A DNA stretch of 64,000 bases, from the NCBI GenBank assembly GCA_002189035.1, contig CM007992.1, positions 1,984,001 to 2,048,000 on the forward strand, read 5' to 3'. Positions 12,536-24,685 of this stretch are shown here, piece after piece (the stretch's first letter is position 1; the number at the start of each line of letters is the position of its first letter). Below the pieces are notes generated by a model, which had not been told where the DNA came from, ran no database searches, and was given only the letters and a program-made list of their open reading frames with translations. The DNA is from Utricularia gibba. Taxonomy: Eukaryota > Plantae > Magnoliophyta. The translations under genes and the position numbers were made by a program.

Positions 12536-15500
12536 AAGCTGCTCTCCTCACCAAAATGCAGAATATGAAGATTCGAGCCAAAGTTATGTGCACTAGAGAC
12601 AGAAAGAAAAATCCTCGACATTATTCAAGAAAAGCTCCATCAGCTGTATCCTGAATATCCTGTTTCACCAGAGCCAACATTTAGAGAGTTCATGATTCAG
12701 TTGCAATCTATAGAAAAGAGATTGGAACTAAGAGATGGTTATGAAGTTGATAAAACTTATGTTGAAGCTGCTCTCCTCACCAAAATGCAGCATATGAAGA
12801 TAAACTCAGGCGCAATTAACAATGTCAAGGATGTCAAGTCAACAGCCATCAAACAATCAAGAAACGTCAATCTCAACATCAACGATGGGTAATCAGAAGT
12901 GCAAGCATTGTGATAAATCCAACCACAAGAGTGAAGATTGTTGGACTTTAAGCACAAATGCTTGCATGCATTGCAACAAACAGAATCACCGGAGTGAGTT
13001 TTAATGGTGCAAACCTGATGCTTTGTGCACGAAATGCAATCAAACAGGCCATCTTGACAAGGTATGTGGAATGTGAAATGTACTCAAAGTTGAGCATAAC
13101 AAGAAAGCTAATTCCAGGGATGAGAAATCACATGCATCCTTTACCTACTTTGAAGATGAGCCAGAAATATCTTTTGAAGATCCTTTTGAGTATGAGTGTT
13201 CTGTAATAACAATAGCGTCAGATTCTAAAGACTAGTGCTTGGACTCTGGCGCCTCCTATCATATATGCTGTGATACAAGGTCATTTCTTCAGCTTGGAAA
13301 GATTGGGAAGGAGGTAAGCACGTGCACTGGTGAAAATATTGGCATTGTGGGCAAAGGAAGCATTTTACTCTTACTAAAAGATGGAATTGTTCAAGTTGAT
13401 GATATTTATTATTCACCAAACCTCAAACAGAACCTGTTGAGCTTTAGCCAATTGAGCAGGCAAGGTTTTGATATTGAACTGATGAAGGATGCTGGTGGTA
13501 TAACCACTAAAGTTAAGGATGCTGATCCAAAATCGAAGATTGAATTCCATGCGGTGCTGACTACCTACAACCTCTACCAAATCATGGTTAGTGATCATAA
13601 AAACTGTATTTTCTCATTTCAGGATAACAGCAACCTTTGGCACAAACGTTTTGGGCACTATAACTTCAAAAATCTGAAAATATTGCAGAAGAATAAGGAT
13701 GTTCTGGAATTGAAAGACATCAAGTTTGCTGATGCCATATGTCAAGTGTGCCATCAAGGTACACAGTGTAGAAAGCCATTTTATTCCAGTGATTCAACAC
13801 CAAAGGAGAAATTAGAGCTTGTGCATATAGATGTTTGTGGACCATTTAAGGAATGTTCATTGGGGGGGAGTAGATATTTTGTTACATTCATTGATGATTA
13901 TTCACGTTATTGTAGGGTCTACTTCCTTAAAAGCAAGTCGCAAGTGTTGGAGATCAGCCTCAATCCAAACCTTGAAGGTGATTGGAAGAACTAAACATGT
14001 GTCATAATGTCATATTTCAGATAAAAAAGGTATTGGGTTCGAGCATGGAATTGTTGGATTTGAGTTGTTGGGCTTTTTGTGTGTTTTCAATGATTGTGGC
14101 CCACTGTTGGGTAACCTAGGTATTGGGTATATATAAACCCTACTAGGAATGCGTGTCATTAGGTTTTCGGTCATTATTATTGTTCATGAGTCGTTTTTCA
14201 TCCAAGGTGATCTCATAATCATTACCTTTTTGTTACTTCCCAAGACTCTATTTTTCTTGCAACAACAGCAAGTTCCTCATATCTTCCGAAAATTCAAAGT
14301 GATAACTGAGAATCAGAGTGGATGCTCCTTAAAGATGATTCGATCAGACAATAGAGGTGAATTCTAAAATAATAGCATGAGAATGTTCTGTGAAAATGTG
14401 GGAATCATGCATCAATTCACCGTTCCATATTCTCCACAACAGAATGATATATGTGAAAGGAGAAACACAACAATCCTTTATATGTCAAGATGCCTATTGT
14501 TTGAGAAAGGTCTTCTTGTAAATTTTTGGGCTGAAGCGGTATCTACATCTATATATCTATTGAACATGCTTCCATCCAGGGCGATCATGAAAAATGTCAT
14601 GGTTATATTAAAAAGGTTGATCATCTCAGAATCTTTGGTAGTCTATATTTTACTCATATACCAGACAAAAATCAAGGGAAACTTGATATGAAATCTGTAT
14701 CTGGTGTATTTGTTGATTATAGCAACACTACCAAGGGATATAAAGTTTATATACGTGACCAGAAGAAATTTATCTTCAGCCATGATGTCTCTTTTGATGA
14801 AGGTGCAAGGTATACTTGAATTGATAATTGCATTTCTCTGAATGATGCAGAAGCTCTTAAAATCTATTATTGATTTCGGATTGTTCTATCCTTATGAAGG
14901 TGAAAAACCAGTCTTGAAACTTCGAGCCTACTCAGATAGTGATTATGGTATGACTGAAGATAACAAGAGTACATCTGGTGCACTCTTCTTCTTAAATAAG
15001 AGTCCTGTAATCTGGTTTTTGAAGAAACAAAAGGTGGTAGCACAATCAACAGCTGAAGCAGAATACATCTCAGCAGCACATGCTTCGAACTATTGTGTTT
15101 GGTTGAGCCAGATGCTAAACGAACTTGGATTCATACAAAAGGAAGCTACACATCTGCCTATGGATAATCGAGTTGCAATCTCCATTGCCAAGGATCCGAC
15201 GAACTTCAGCAAAGCCAAGCAAATAAGAATCAGGTATCATGTCATAAGGAATTACATCAAGGAAAAGAAGATTAAAGTGCAGTATGTTGAGAGTGGGAAT
15301 CAGCTTGCTGATGGGCTCACCAAAGGTTTGAATAGAGTTCAGTTTGAGTTAGCAAGGAAGAACATGAATCTCATGAGTATGGAAGATTTTCTCAAGTTGG
15401 GAGATCTCTGTCTGGGCGGAGTGTTGGAGATCAGCCTCAATCCGAAGGTTGAAGGTGATTGGAAGCATTAATCTTGTGTCATAATGTCATGTTTCAGATA

Positions 15501-15707
15501 AAAAAGGTGTTGGATCGAGCATGGAACTGTTGGGTTCGAGTTGCTGGACTTTTTGTTTGTTTTCAATGATTGTGGCCCACTGTTGGTTAACTTCAGTATT
15601 GGGTATATATAAACCCTACTAGGAATGCGTGTCAACTAGGTTTTCGGTCATTCTTATTGTTCATGAGTCGTTTTTCATCCGGAAACTTTATCTTTCTTGC
15701 ATCAACA
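12536..15707 (+). mobile_element. degenerate copia (subfamily D): gag-protease-integrase, interrupted by a solo LTR, RT deleted, RNase H, 3' LTR 15422-15707
   Basis: Frameshifted gag ORFs, protease/integrase ORF 13239-13994, and ORFs 14377-14691 and 14842-15471. Confidence 0.9.
13945..14267 (+). repeat. copia solo LTR subtype A with 5-bp TSD GCAAG
   Basis: GCAAG at 13940-13944 and 14268-14272. Removing the LTR restores integrase KSKSQVPH. Confidence 0.95.
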
Positions 15708-16095
15708 GTTTGGTGTTCGAAAATCGATTAAGAGTCCTTCAAATCCTCTTGTTTCAGCTTTAATTGCTCCTATTAAGAAATAGGTGCCTTGTTAGTCGTT
15801 TTCCAAACACGGTTTCCCCCATTGATGTATATGAAATACTCAATATTCTTTATCTATCTGCAATGTGAACATCTGTTAGAAAATGTTGAGGGGTTGTGGA
15901 CCCACACTCTTAGTAACATGGTTTTAATTATGGGATTCATGGCTAATTATGTCAGATATATCTGCGGCATCTTTGAAAGTAAGCCAAACACAAAAGATGA
16001 GGGAAACATGTTTATACATCATTTGGTGCGGGTTTGTAGGTGGTGGTTGGAAAATATCTCTTATGATCACTACAGATGAACTTGGACAATACATG

Positions 16096-16873
16096 TGATG
16101 TGACTCTCTAATCTAAAGAGTTCAGAAACCCACGAATAATAGGTAATTTTGAAGCTTAGAAAGGAACCCATCCAAGTCTACCATCAAAAGAATGAATTAG
16201 GAGACAAACTTCAGAAGGAGAATGAATTGGAATTAATAGTCCTAGGAAACCACAAGCTCAAAGTTTGATAAATCAAGAGCAAATACGTAAATGAAATAAA
16301 CTAAAGGTCCTCAAGGAGTAAATCTCTAGAGTTCTTCTACTCTATAAGTGGTATCTAACATTTCTGAGCCCAAACTACATAAAAAGGAACACCTAACAAG
16401 TGCTAAGCACACATCAAAGTCGAGAACATGTTTTGAGCTCTAAGATAGATTCAAGCTAAAGTAGTTGGACTCATTTAATGGTAAGTGTTCAAGCTCAAGT
16501 TTGCTTTCAATAGTGTTGAGTAGACTGTTGAGTGTATCTTCAGTCATCTTGCTCTTACTCCATGTCATTAGTTCTAGTGAAATGATCTTACGCTCCAAAT
16601 TGCTCACTTCTGCAACATTCTAATCAATGCTTAAATACTCTTCATCATCTTCTTAGGGCTCATCATCTCCCCCTTCTTTAGGTAGATTCGTCCCTGAATC
16701 TATTTCGAAAAGGGACAAATTAGCAACATTGAAAGTTGAATGAACAGAATACTCACGTGGCAAAAGTATCTTGTATGCATTATTATTCAGGTGCTCAACA
16801 ACTAGAAAAGAGCCATGTCCACGAGGAAGAAGTTTTGACTTTATCTTGGTGGAATACCTCTCCTTCCTAAGAT
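16096..16873 (-). mobile_element. CRM-type 3' LTR (16096-16665), PPT and integrase C-terminus
   Basis: Copy of 4084-4861 at +12012. The integrase continues across the copia insertion at 24435. Confidence 0.87.
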
Positions 16874-19800
16874 TGTTGGAGATCAGCCTCAATCCAAAGC
16901 TTGAAGGTGATTGGAAGAACTAAACTTGTGTCATAATGTCATATTTCAGATAAAAAAAGGTGTTGGGTTCGAGCATGAAAGTGTTGGATTCGAGTTGTTA
17001 GGCTTTTTGTGTGTTTTCAATGATTGTAGCCCACTGTTGGGTAACCTAGATATTGGGTATAATGTTAGACAATGAAACCATACAAGTCTATTATGAACGT
17101 ACTGCGAAGCTTGTGAAGGAGATTTGAGGATTGGGGGAAAAACTTGAGAATCAAAAGGTGATTAGCAAGGCAATCATGAGCCTACCTGCAAGATTCGAGC
17201 CAAAGTTATGTGCACTTGAGACAGAAAGAAAAATCCTTGACATTATTGAAGGAAAGCTCCATCAGCTGTATCCTGAATATCCTGTTTCACCAGGACCAAC
17301 ATTTAGAGAGTTCATGATTCAGTTGCAATCTATAGAAAAGAGATTGAAACTAAGAGATGGTTATGAAGTTGATAAAACTTATGGTGAAGCTGCTCTCCTC
17401 ACCAAAATGCAGAATATGAATATAACCTCAGGTGCAATTAACAATGTCAAGGATGTCAAGACAACAGCCATCAAACAATCACCAACGTCAATCCAAACAT
17501 CAACGATGGGCAATCAGAAGTGCAGGCATTGTGACAAATCCAACCATAAGAGTGAAGATTGTGGGACTTTAAGCACAAATGGTTTTGACATTGAGCTGAT
17601 GAAGGATGTTGGTGGTATAACCACTAAAGTTAAGGTTGCTGATCCAAAAACGAAGATTGAATTCCATGCTGTGTTGACCACCTACAACCTCTACCAAATC
17701 ATGGTCAGTGATTATAAAAGTTGTATTTTCTCATTTCAGGATCAAAGCAGCCTTTGGCACAAACGTTTTGGGACTATAGCTTCAACAATTTGAAAATATT
17801 GCAGAAGAATAACGAAGTACTGGAATTGAAAGACATCAAGTTGGTAATGCCATATGTGAAGTGTGCCATCAAGGTAAACAGTGTAGAAAGCCCTTTTATT
17901 CTAGTGATTCAGTAGCAAAGGAGAAATTAGAGCTTGTGCATACAGATGTTTGTGGACCATTTAAGGAATGTTCATTAGGGGGGAGTAGATATTTTGTTAC
18001 ATTCATTGATAATTATTCACGTTATTGTTGGGTTTACTTTCTTAAAAGCAAGTCAGAAGTTCATCATATCTTTCGAAAATTCAAAGTGATGATTGAGAAT
18101 CAGAGTGGATGCTCTTTGAAGATGATTAGATCAGACAATGGAGGTGAATTCTAAAATAATAGCATGAGAATGTTCTGTGAAAATGAGTGAATCATGCATC
18201 AATTCACCGTACCATATTCTCCACAACAGGTTGGTGTAAGTGAAAAGAGAAACAGAACAATCCTTGATATGTCAAGATGTATATTGTTTGAGAAAGATCT
18301 TCCTGTAAATTTCTGCGCTGAAGCGATATCTACATCTGTATATCTATTGAACTTGCTTCCCTCAAGGGCGATTAGTGGAAAAACCGCGCATGAAAAATGG
18401 CATGGTTATATTAAAAAGGTTGATCATCTCAGAATCTTTGGTACTTTGTGCTTTACTCATGTACCAGACCAAAAACGAGGAAAACTTGATAAGAAATCTT
18501 TATCTGGTGTATTTGTTGGTTATAGCAACACTAATAAGGGTTATAAAGTTTATTTACCTCAACAGAAGAAATTTATTTTCAGCCATGATGTCACTTTTGA
18601 TGAAGGTGCAAGGTATATTTTCATTGATGATTGTATTTCTCTGAATGATGCATAAGCTCATCAAAGTGATGGAAGGCATAGCACCCATGGGAAAGGAGAC
18701 CTCTGGACACGCATGCCTCAAAACTTCTCTTCCAGGAATTCAACAAACCAAGAAACTTCAGAACTCGTTCATGAAGATTCAAATCAAGTAAATGATCAGC
18801 ATTCAGATGAGAATTTTCCAGCTCCAGAGGAGGAGAAGGCCAATGATCTACATTCAGATGTGAATTTCGAAATCCAGGAAGAGGAGCAAGGCACGAATGC
18901 AGAAGACTCATCAACAGATGAATCTGATGGAGAGAAACCTGATACTGATGATGAAGATTATTACCCATCTGATCGTGATTGGCAAAGGAGGAAACGCAAA
19001 AACATCAGAGATTCAATGGATAATGAAGATAGTCATGTTACTGACATTAGACGAAGCAAAAGAAACAAGGTGTTGGAGATCAGCCTCAATCCAAAGTTTG
19101 AAGGTGATTGGAAGCACTAATCTTGTGTCATAATGTTATATTTCAGATAAAAGGTGTTGAGTTCGAGCATGGAAGTGTTGAATTCGAGTTGTTGGGCTTT
19201 TTGTGTGTTTTCAATAATTGTGGTCCACTGTTGGGTAACCTAGGTATTGGGTATATATAAACCCTACTAGGAATGCGTGTCAATTAGGGTTTTGGTCATT
19301 CTTATTGTTCATGAGTCGTTTTTCATTCAAAGTGATCTCAGAAGCATTACCTTTTTGTTACTTCCCAAGACTCTCTTTTTCTTGCATCAACATGGTATCA
19401 GAGCAGTAAGGTTCTCAAACCTGTGCTCGTTTCAGTATTTTATTTACCGTTCAGCGTTTTTTACTTGGTGGATTACAAAATATCAACCCAAAGCTTTTCA
19501 AGCGGTGGCTATGATGGCATCTGGTAGAGGACCTCCAATATTTGATGGTTCAGGGTATGGTAGCTGGGTCAAAAAGATGCGCAGCTACCTGCGGGTCAAA
19601 AAGATTTGGGATGTTGTTGAAAGGGAGATTCCAACGATTACAATAACAAGCAAATCCACATCAGAACAGCAAGAGGAAGCTGAATATCTTCAACAGAGAA
19701 AAGATGAAGCAATGGATGCCTTGTATCAAGCCATCTCTGAACATCTATTTGATGATATTGCAGAGTGTCAATCAGCAAAAGAAATATGGGATACTCTCAA

Positions 19801-22800
19801 ATCCCATTATGAAGGTGATGCCAAACTGAGAGAAATATTATGCAAAAACAAGTTGGAGGACTTTGAGAGGAACAAAATGTTAGACAATGAAACCATACAA
19901 GTCTATTATGAACGTACTGCGAAGCTTGTGAAGGAGATTCGAGGATTGGGGGAAAAACTTGAGGATCAAAAGGTGATTAGCAAGGCAATCATGAGCCTAC
20001 CTGCAAGATTCGAGCCAAAGTTATGTGCATTTGAGACAGAAAGAAAAATCCTTGACATTATTGAAGGAAAGCTCCATCAGTTATATCCTGAATATCCTGT
20101 TATACCAGAGCCAACATTTAGAGAGTTCATGATTGAGTTGCAATCTACAGAAAAGAGATTGGAGCTAAGAGATGGTTATGAAGTTGAGAAAACTTATGGT
20201 GAAGCTGCTCTCCTCACCAAAATGCAGAATATGAATATAAACTCAGGTGCAATTAACAATGTCAAGGATGTCAAATCAACAGCCATCAAACAATCACCAA
20301 CGTCAATCCCCACATCAACGATGGGCAATCAGAAGTGCAGGCATTGTGACAAATCCAACCATAAGAGTGAAGATTGTTGGACTTTAAGCACAAATGCTTG
20401 CAAGCATTGTAACAAACAGAATCACAGGAGTGAGTTTTGTTGGTGGAAGCCTGATGCTTTGTGCACGAAATGCAATCAAAGAGGCCATCTTGACAAGGTA
20501 TGTGGAATGTCAAAACAATTAAAAGTTGAGCATAACAAGAAGGCTACTTCCAGGGAAGAGAAATCACATGCATCCTTTACCTACTTTGAAGATGAGCCAG
20601 AAATATCTTTTGAAGATCCTTTTGAGTATGAGTGTGCTCTAATGACAGTAGCCTCAGATGCTAAAGGCTGGTACTTGGACTCTGGCGCCTCCTATCATGT
20701 ATGTTGTGATACAAGGTCATTTCTCAAGCTTGAAAGGATTGGGAAGGAGGTAAGCACGTGCACTGGTGAAAATATTGGCATTGTGGGCAAAGGAAGCATT
20801 TTACTCTTGCTAAAAGAAGGAATTGTTCAAGTTGATGATATTTATTATTCACCAAACCTCAAACAGAACTTGTTGAGCTTTGGCCAATTGAGCAGGCAAG
20901 GTTTTGACATTGAGCTGATTAAAGATGCTGGTGGTATAACCACTACAGTTAAGGTTGCTGATCCAAAAACGAAGATTGAATTCCATGCTGTGTTGACCAC
21001 CTACAACCTCTACCAAATCATGGTCAGTGATCATAAAAGTTGTATTTTCTCACTTCAAGATCAAAGCAGCCTTTGGCACACACGTTTTGGGCACTATAGC
21101 TTCAACAATCTGAAAATATTGCAGAAGAATAAGGAAGTACTGGAATTGAAAGACATCAAGTTTGCTAATGCCATATGTGAAGTGTGTCATCAAGGTAAAC
21201 AGTGTAGAAAGCCCTTTTATTCCAGTGATTCAGTAGCAAAGGAGAAATTAGAGCTTGTGCATACAGATGTTTGTGGACCATTTAAGGAATGTTCATTAGG
21301 GGGGAGTAGATACTTTGTTACATTCATTGATGATTATTCACGTTATTGTTGGGTTTACTTTCTTAAAAGCAAGTCAGAAGTTCCTCATATCTTTCGAAAA
21401 TTCAAAGTGATGGTTGAGAATCAGAGTGGATGCTCTTTGAAGATAATTAGATCAGACAATGGAGGCGAATTCTACAATAATAGCATGAGAATGTTCTGTG
21501 AAAATGAAGGAATCATGCATCAATTCACCGTACCATATTCTCCACAACAGAATGGTGTATGTGAAAGGAGAAACAGAACAATCCTTGATATGTCAAGATG
21601 TCTATTGTTTGAGAAAGGTCTTCCTGTAAGCTTCTGGGCTGAAGCGGTATCTACATCTGTATATCTGTTGAACTTGCTTCCCTCAAGGGCGATTAGTGGA
21701 AAAACCGCCCATGAAAAATGGCATGGTTATATTAAAAAGGTTGATCATCTCAAAATCTTTGGTAGTCTGTGTTATACTCATATACCAGACCAAAAACGAG
21801 GAAAACTTGAAAAGAAATCTGTATCTGGTGTATTTGTTGGTTATAGCAACACTACCAAGGGATATAAAGTTTATCTACCTCAACAGAAGAAATTTATCCT
21901 CAGCCACGATGTCACTTTTGATGAAGGTACAAGGTATACTTTAATTGATGATTGCATTGCTCTGAATGATGCAGAAGCTCATAAAAGTCTTGAAAGGTAT
22001 AGCACCCATGTGAAAGGAGACCTCTGGACACACATGCCTCAAAACTTCTCTTCCAGCAATTCAACAAACCAAGAAACTTCAGAACTCGTTCATGAAGATT
22101 CAAATCAAGTAAATGATCAGCATTCAGATGAGAATTTTCCAGCTCAAGAGGAGGAGAAGGTCACAAATCAAGATGGCTCGTCCAATGAGAATTCAGAATC
22201 AAACTCTGAACCCCTATATGGACGATCTCAGCAGGCCAATGATCAACTTTCAGATGGGAATTTCGAAATCCCAGAGGAGGAGCAAGGCACGAATGTAGAA
22301 GACTCATCAACAGATGAATCTAATGGAGAGGAACCTGATACTGATGATGAAGATTATTACCCATCTGATCGTGATTGGCAAAGGAGGAAACGCAAAAACA
22401 TCAGAGATTCAATAGATAATGAAGATAGTCATGTTACTGACATTAAACGAAGCAAAAGAAACAAGGCTCCTAAAATCAGTTTCTCCAAGTTGAATGATGA
22501 TGTCCAAGATGCTGTGGCTGATATTTTGGCTGGATTATTGACAGGAGATCCAACATCATTTGAAGTGGCTGTACAAAATCCTAAATGGAGAGAGGCCATG
22601 AAGGAAGAAATGAATTCTATACTTGAAAATGAAACATGGGAATTAGTTGAGAAACCCAAGGATAGGGGTTTCAAACCTATTGGCCTCAAGTGGTTATTCA
22701 AAACCAAGATGAATGCAGATGGCTCTATCAACAAATATAAGGCTAGATTAGTAGCCAAGGGATATAGTCAGATCAAAGGAATAAATTTTCATGAGGTTTT

Positions 22801-24434
22801 TGCACCAGTAGCAAGATTTGACACGATTAAAGTACTTCTTGCCATCTCAGCTGCTCATGGATGGAAAGTGCATCACATGGATGTCAAGACTGCGTTCTTA
22901 AATGGTGTGTTGGAGGAGGTTGTTTTTGTTGAACAACCAAAGGGCTTCGAAGTGTCAGGTCATGAAGATTAGGTATTGAAGCTAAAGAAATCTCTCTATG
23001 GGTTGAAGCAAGCTCCTAGAGCATGGAATGAACGCATGGATAACTTTTTCCAGGGTATTGGTTTCAAAAAAACATATAGTGATTACTCATTATATGTTAA
23101 AGGAAAAGAAGATGATCGTTTATTTATTAGCTTATATGTGGATGATCTTATGATTACCTCAGGTAATGAAAGGAAGATTGAGGAATTCAAAGCTCTACTC
23201 AAAAATGAATTCAAGATGACTGACCTTGGAATGATGTCCTATTATCTAGGCATGGAAATTCATCAACTTGAAGGTGTTGGAACATTCATATCTCAAAAAA
23301 AGTACTGTAATGAACTTCTTGAAAGGTTTGGGTTCAAAGATGTCAATCCTTCAAAAACGCCTTTGGATTACAAACAAGTGATTGGAGAGAACAATCAGGG
23401 AAAGAATGTGGATGCCACTACTTATAGAAGTATGATTGGAAGCCTCATTTATCTCCAGCATACAAGGCCTGACTTGTGTTTTTGTGTAAATGTCTTATCT
23501 CGCTTCCTCAACAAACCAACAACAACTCACATGGCAGCTGTGAAAAGAGCTTTCAGGTACATAAAATCATCTACTGATTTCGGATTGTTCTATCCCTATG
23601 AAGGTGAAAAACCAGTCTTGAAACTTAGAGCCTACTCAGATAGTGATTATGGTATGGCTGAAGATAGCAAGAGTACATCTGGTGCACTCTTCTTCTTAAA
23701 TAAGAGCCCTGTAGTCTGGTTTTCGAAGAAACAAAAAGTAGTAGCACAATCAACAGCTGAAGCAGAATACATCTTAACAGCACATGCTTCGAACTATTGT
23801 GTTTGGTTTAAGCAGATGCTAAACGAACTTGGATTCATACAACAGGAAGCTACACATCTGCTTATGGATAATCGAGCTGCAATCTCCATTGCCAAGGATC
23901 CGACGAACTTCAGCAAAGCCAAACACATAAGAATCAGGTATCATGTCATAAGGATTTACATCAAGGAGAAGAAGATTAAAGTGCAGTATGTTGATAGTGG
24001 GAATCAGCAAAGGCTCGAACAGAGTTCAGTTTGAGCTAGCAAGGAAGAACATGAATCTCATGACTATGGAAGACTTTCTCAAGTTGGGAGATCTCGATCT
24101 GGGGGGGAGTGTTGGAGATCAGCCTCAATCCAAAGCTTTAAGGTGATTGGAAGAACTAAACTTGTGTCATAATGTCATATTTCAGATAAAAAAAGGTGTT
24201 GGGTTCGAGCATGGAAGTGTTGGATTCGAGTTGTTGGGCTTTTTGTGTGTTTTCAATGATTGTGGCCCACTGTTGGGTAACCTAGGTATTGGCTATATAT
24301 AAACCCTATTAGGAATGCGTGTCAATTAGGTTTTCGGTCATTCTTATTATTCATGATTCGTTTTTCATCCAAGGTGATCTCATAAGCATTACCTTTTTGT
24401 TACTTCCCAAGACTCTATTTTTCTTGCAACAACA
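16874..24434 (+). mobile_element. composite copia inserted in CRM integrase (TSD AAGAT): truncated LTR-C, deleted gag-IN, internal LTR-B (19071-19392) + PBS, full gag-pol with a premature stop, 3' LTR-C (24110-24434)
   Basis: AAGAT at 16869-16873 and 24435-24439. The flanks rejoin as EPGEWVWLYL|RKERY. The outer LTRs share subtype-C markers. Confidence 0.9.
19511..24034 (+). pseudogene. gag-pol: copia gag-pol with in-frame TAG at 22970-22972 in RT and a small deletion near the RNase H end
   Basis: ORFs 19277-22972 and 22976-24034 are in the same frame. The likely gag start is MMASGRGPPIFDGS at 19511. Confidence 0.9.
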
Positions 24435-24685
24435 AAGATAAAGCCAAACCCATTCTCCAGGTTCAAATATAACTTTGCGTCTCCTTTTGTTTGCTGCTGT
24501 TGTGTAGTTTGCATTTCTAGATTCAATCTTTTGTTTTACCTTTTTATGTAATCTTCTGATTGCTTCAGTCCTTTTATTGCCATCTAAACTAATTTTTTCA
24601 TCACAATACAAAGATAACATATCCAAAGGTGTTAGAGGATTAGAGTCATAAACCACTTCAAATGGAAATAATTTACTAGAGTCAT
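24435..24685 (-). pseudogene. CRM integrase fragment
   Basis: PFEVVYDSNPLTPLDML…ANKRRRKVIFEPGEWVWLYL matches the CRM integrase post-core region. Confidence 0.8.

Noticed and set aside
22970-22972. In-frame TAG in RT as a read-through signal
   Set aside because: It is unique to one copy (AAG in the others) and lies mid-RT, so it is an ordinary nonsense mutation.
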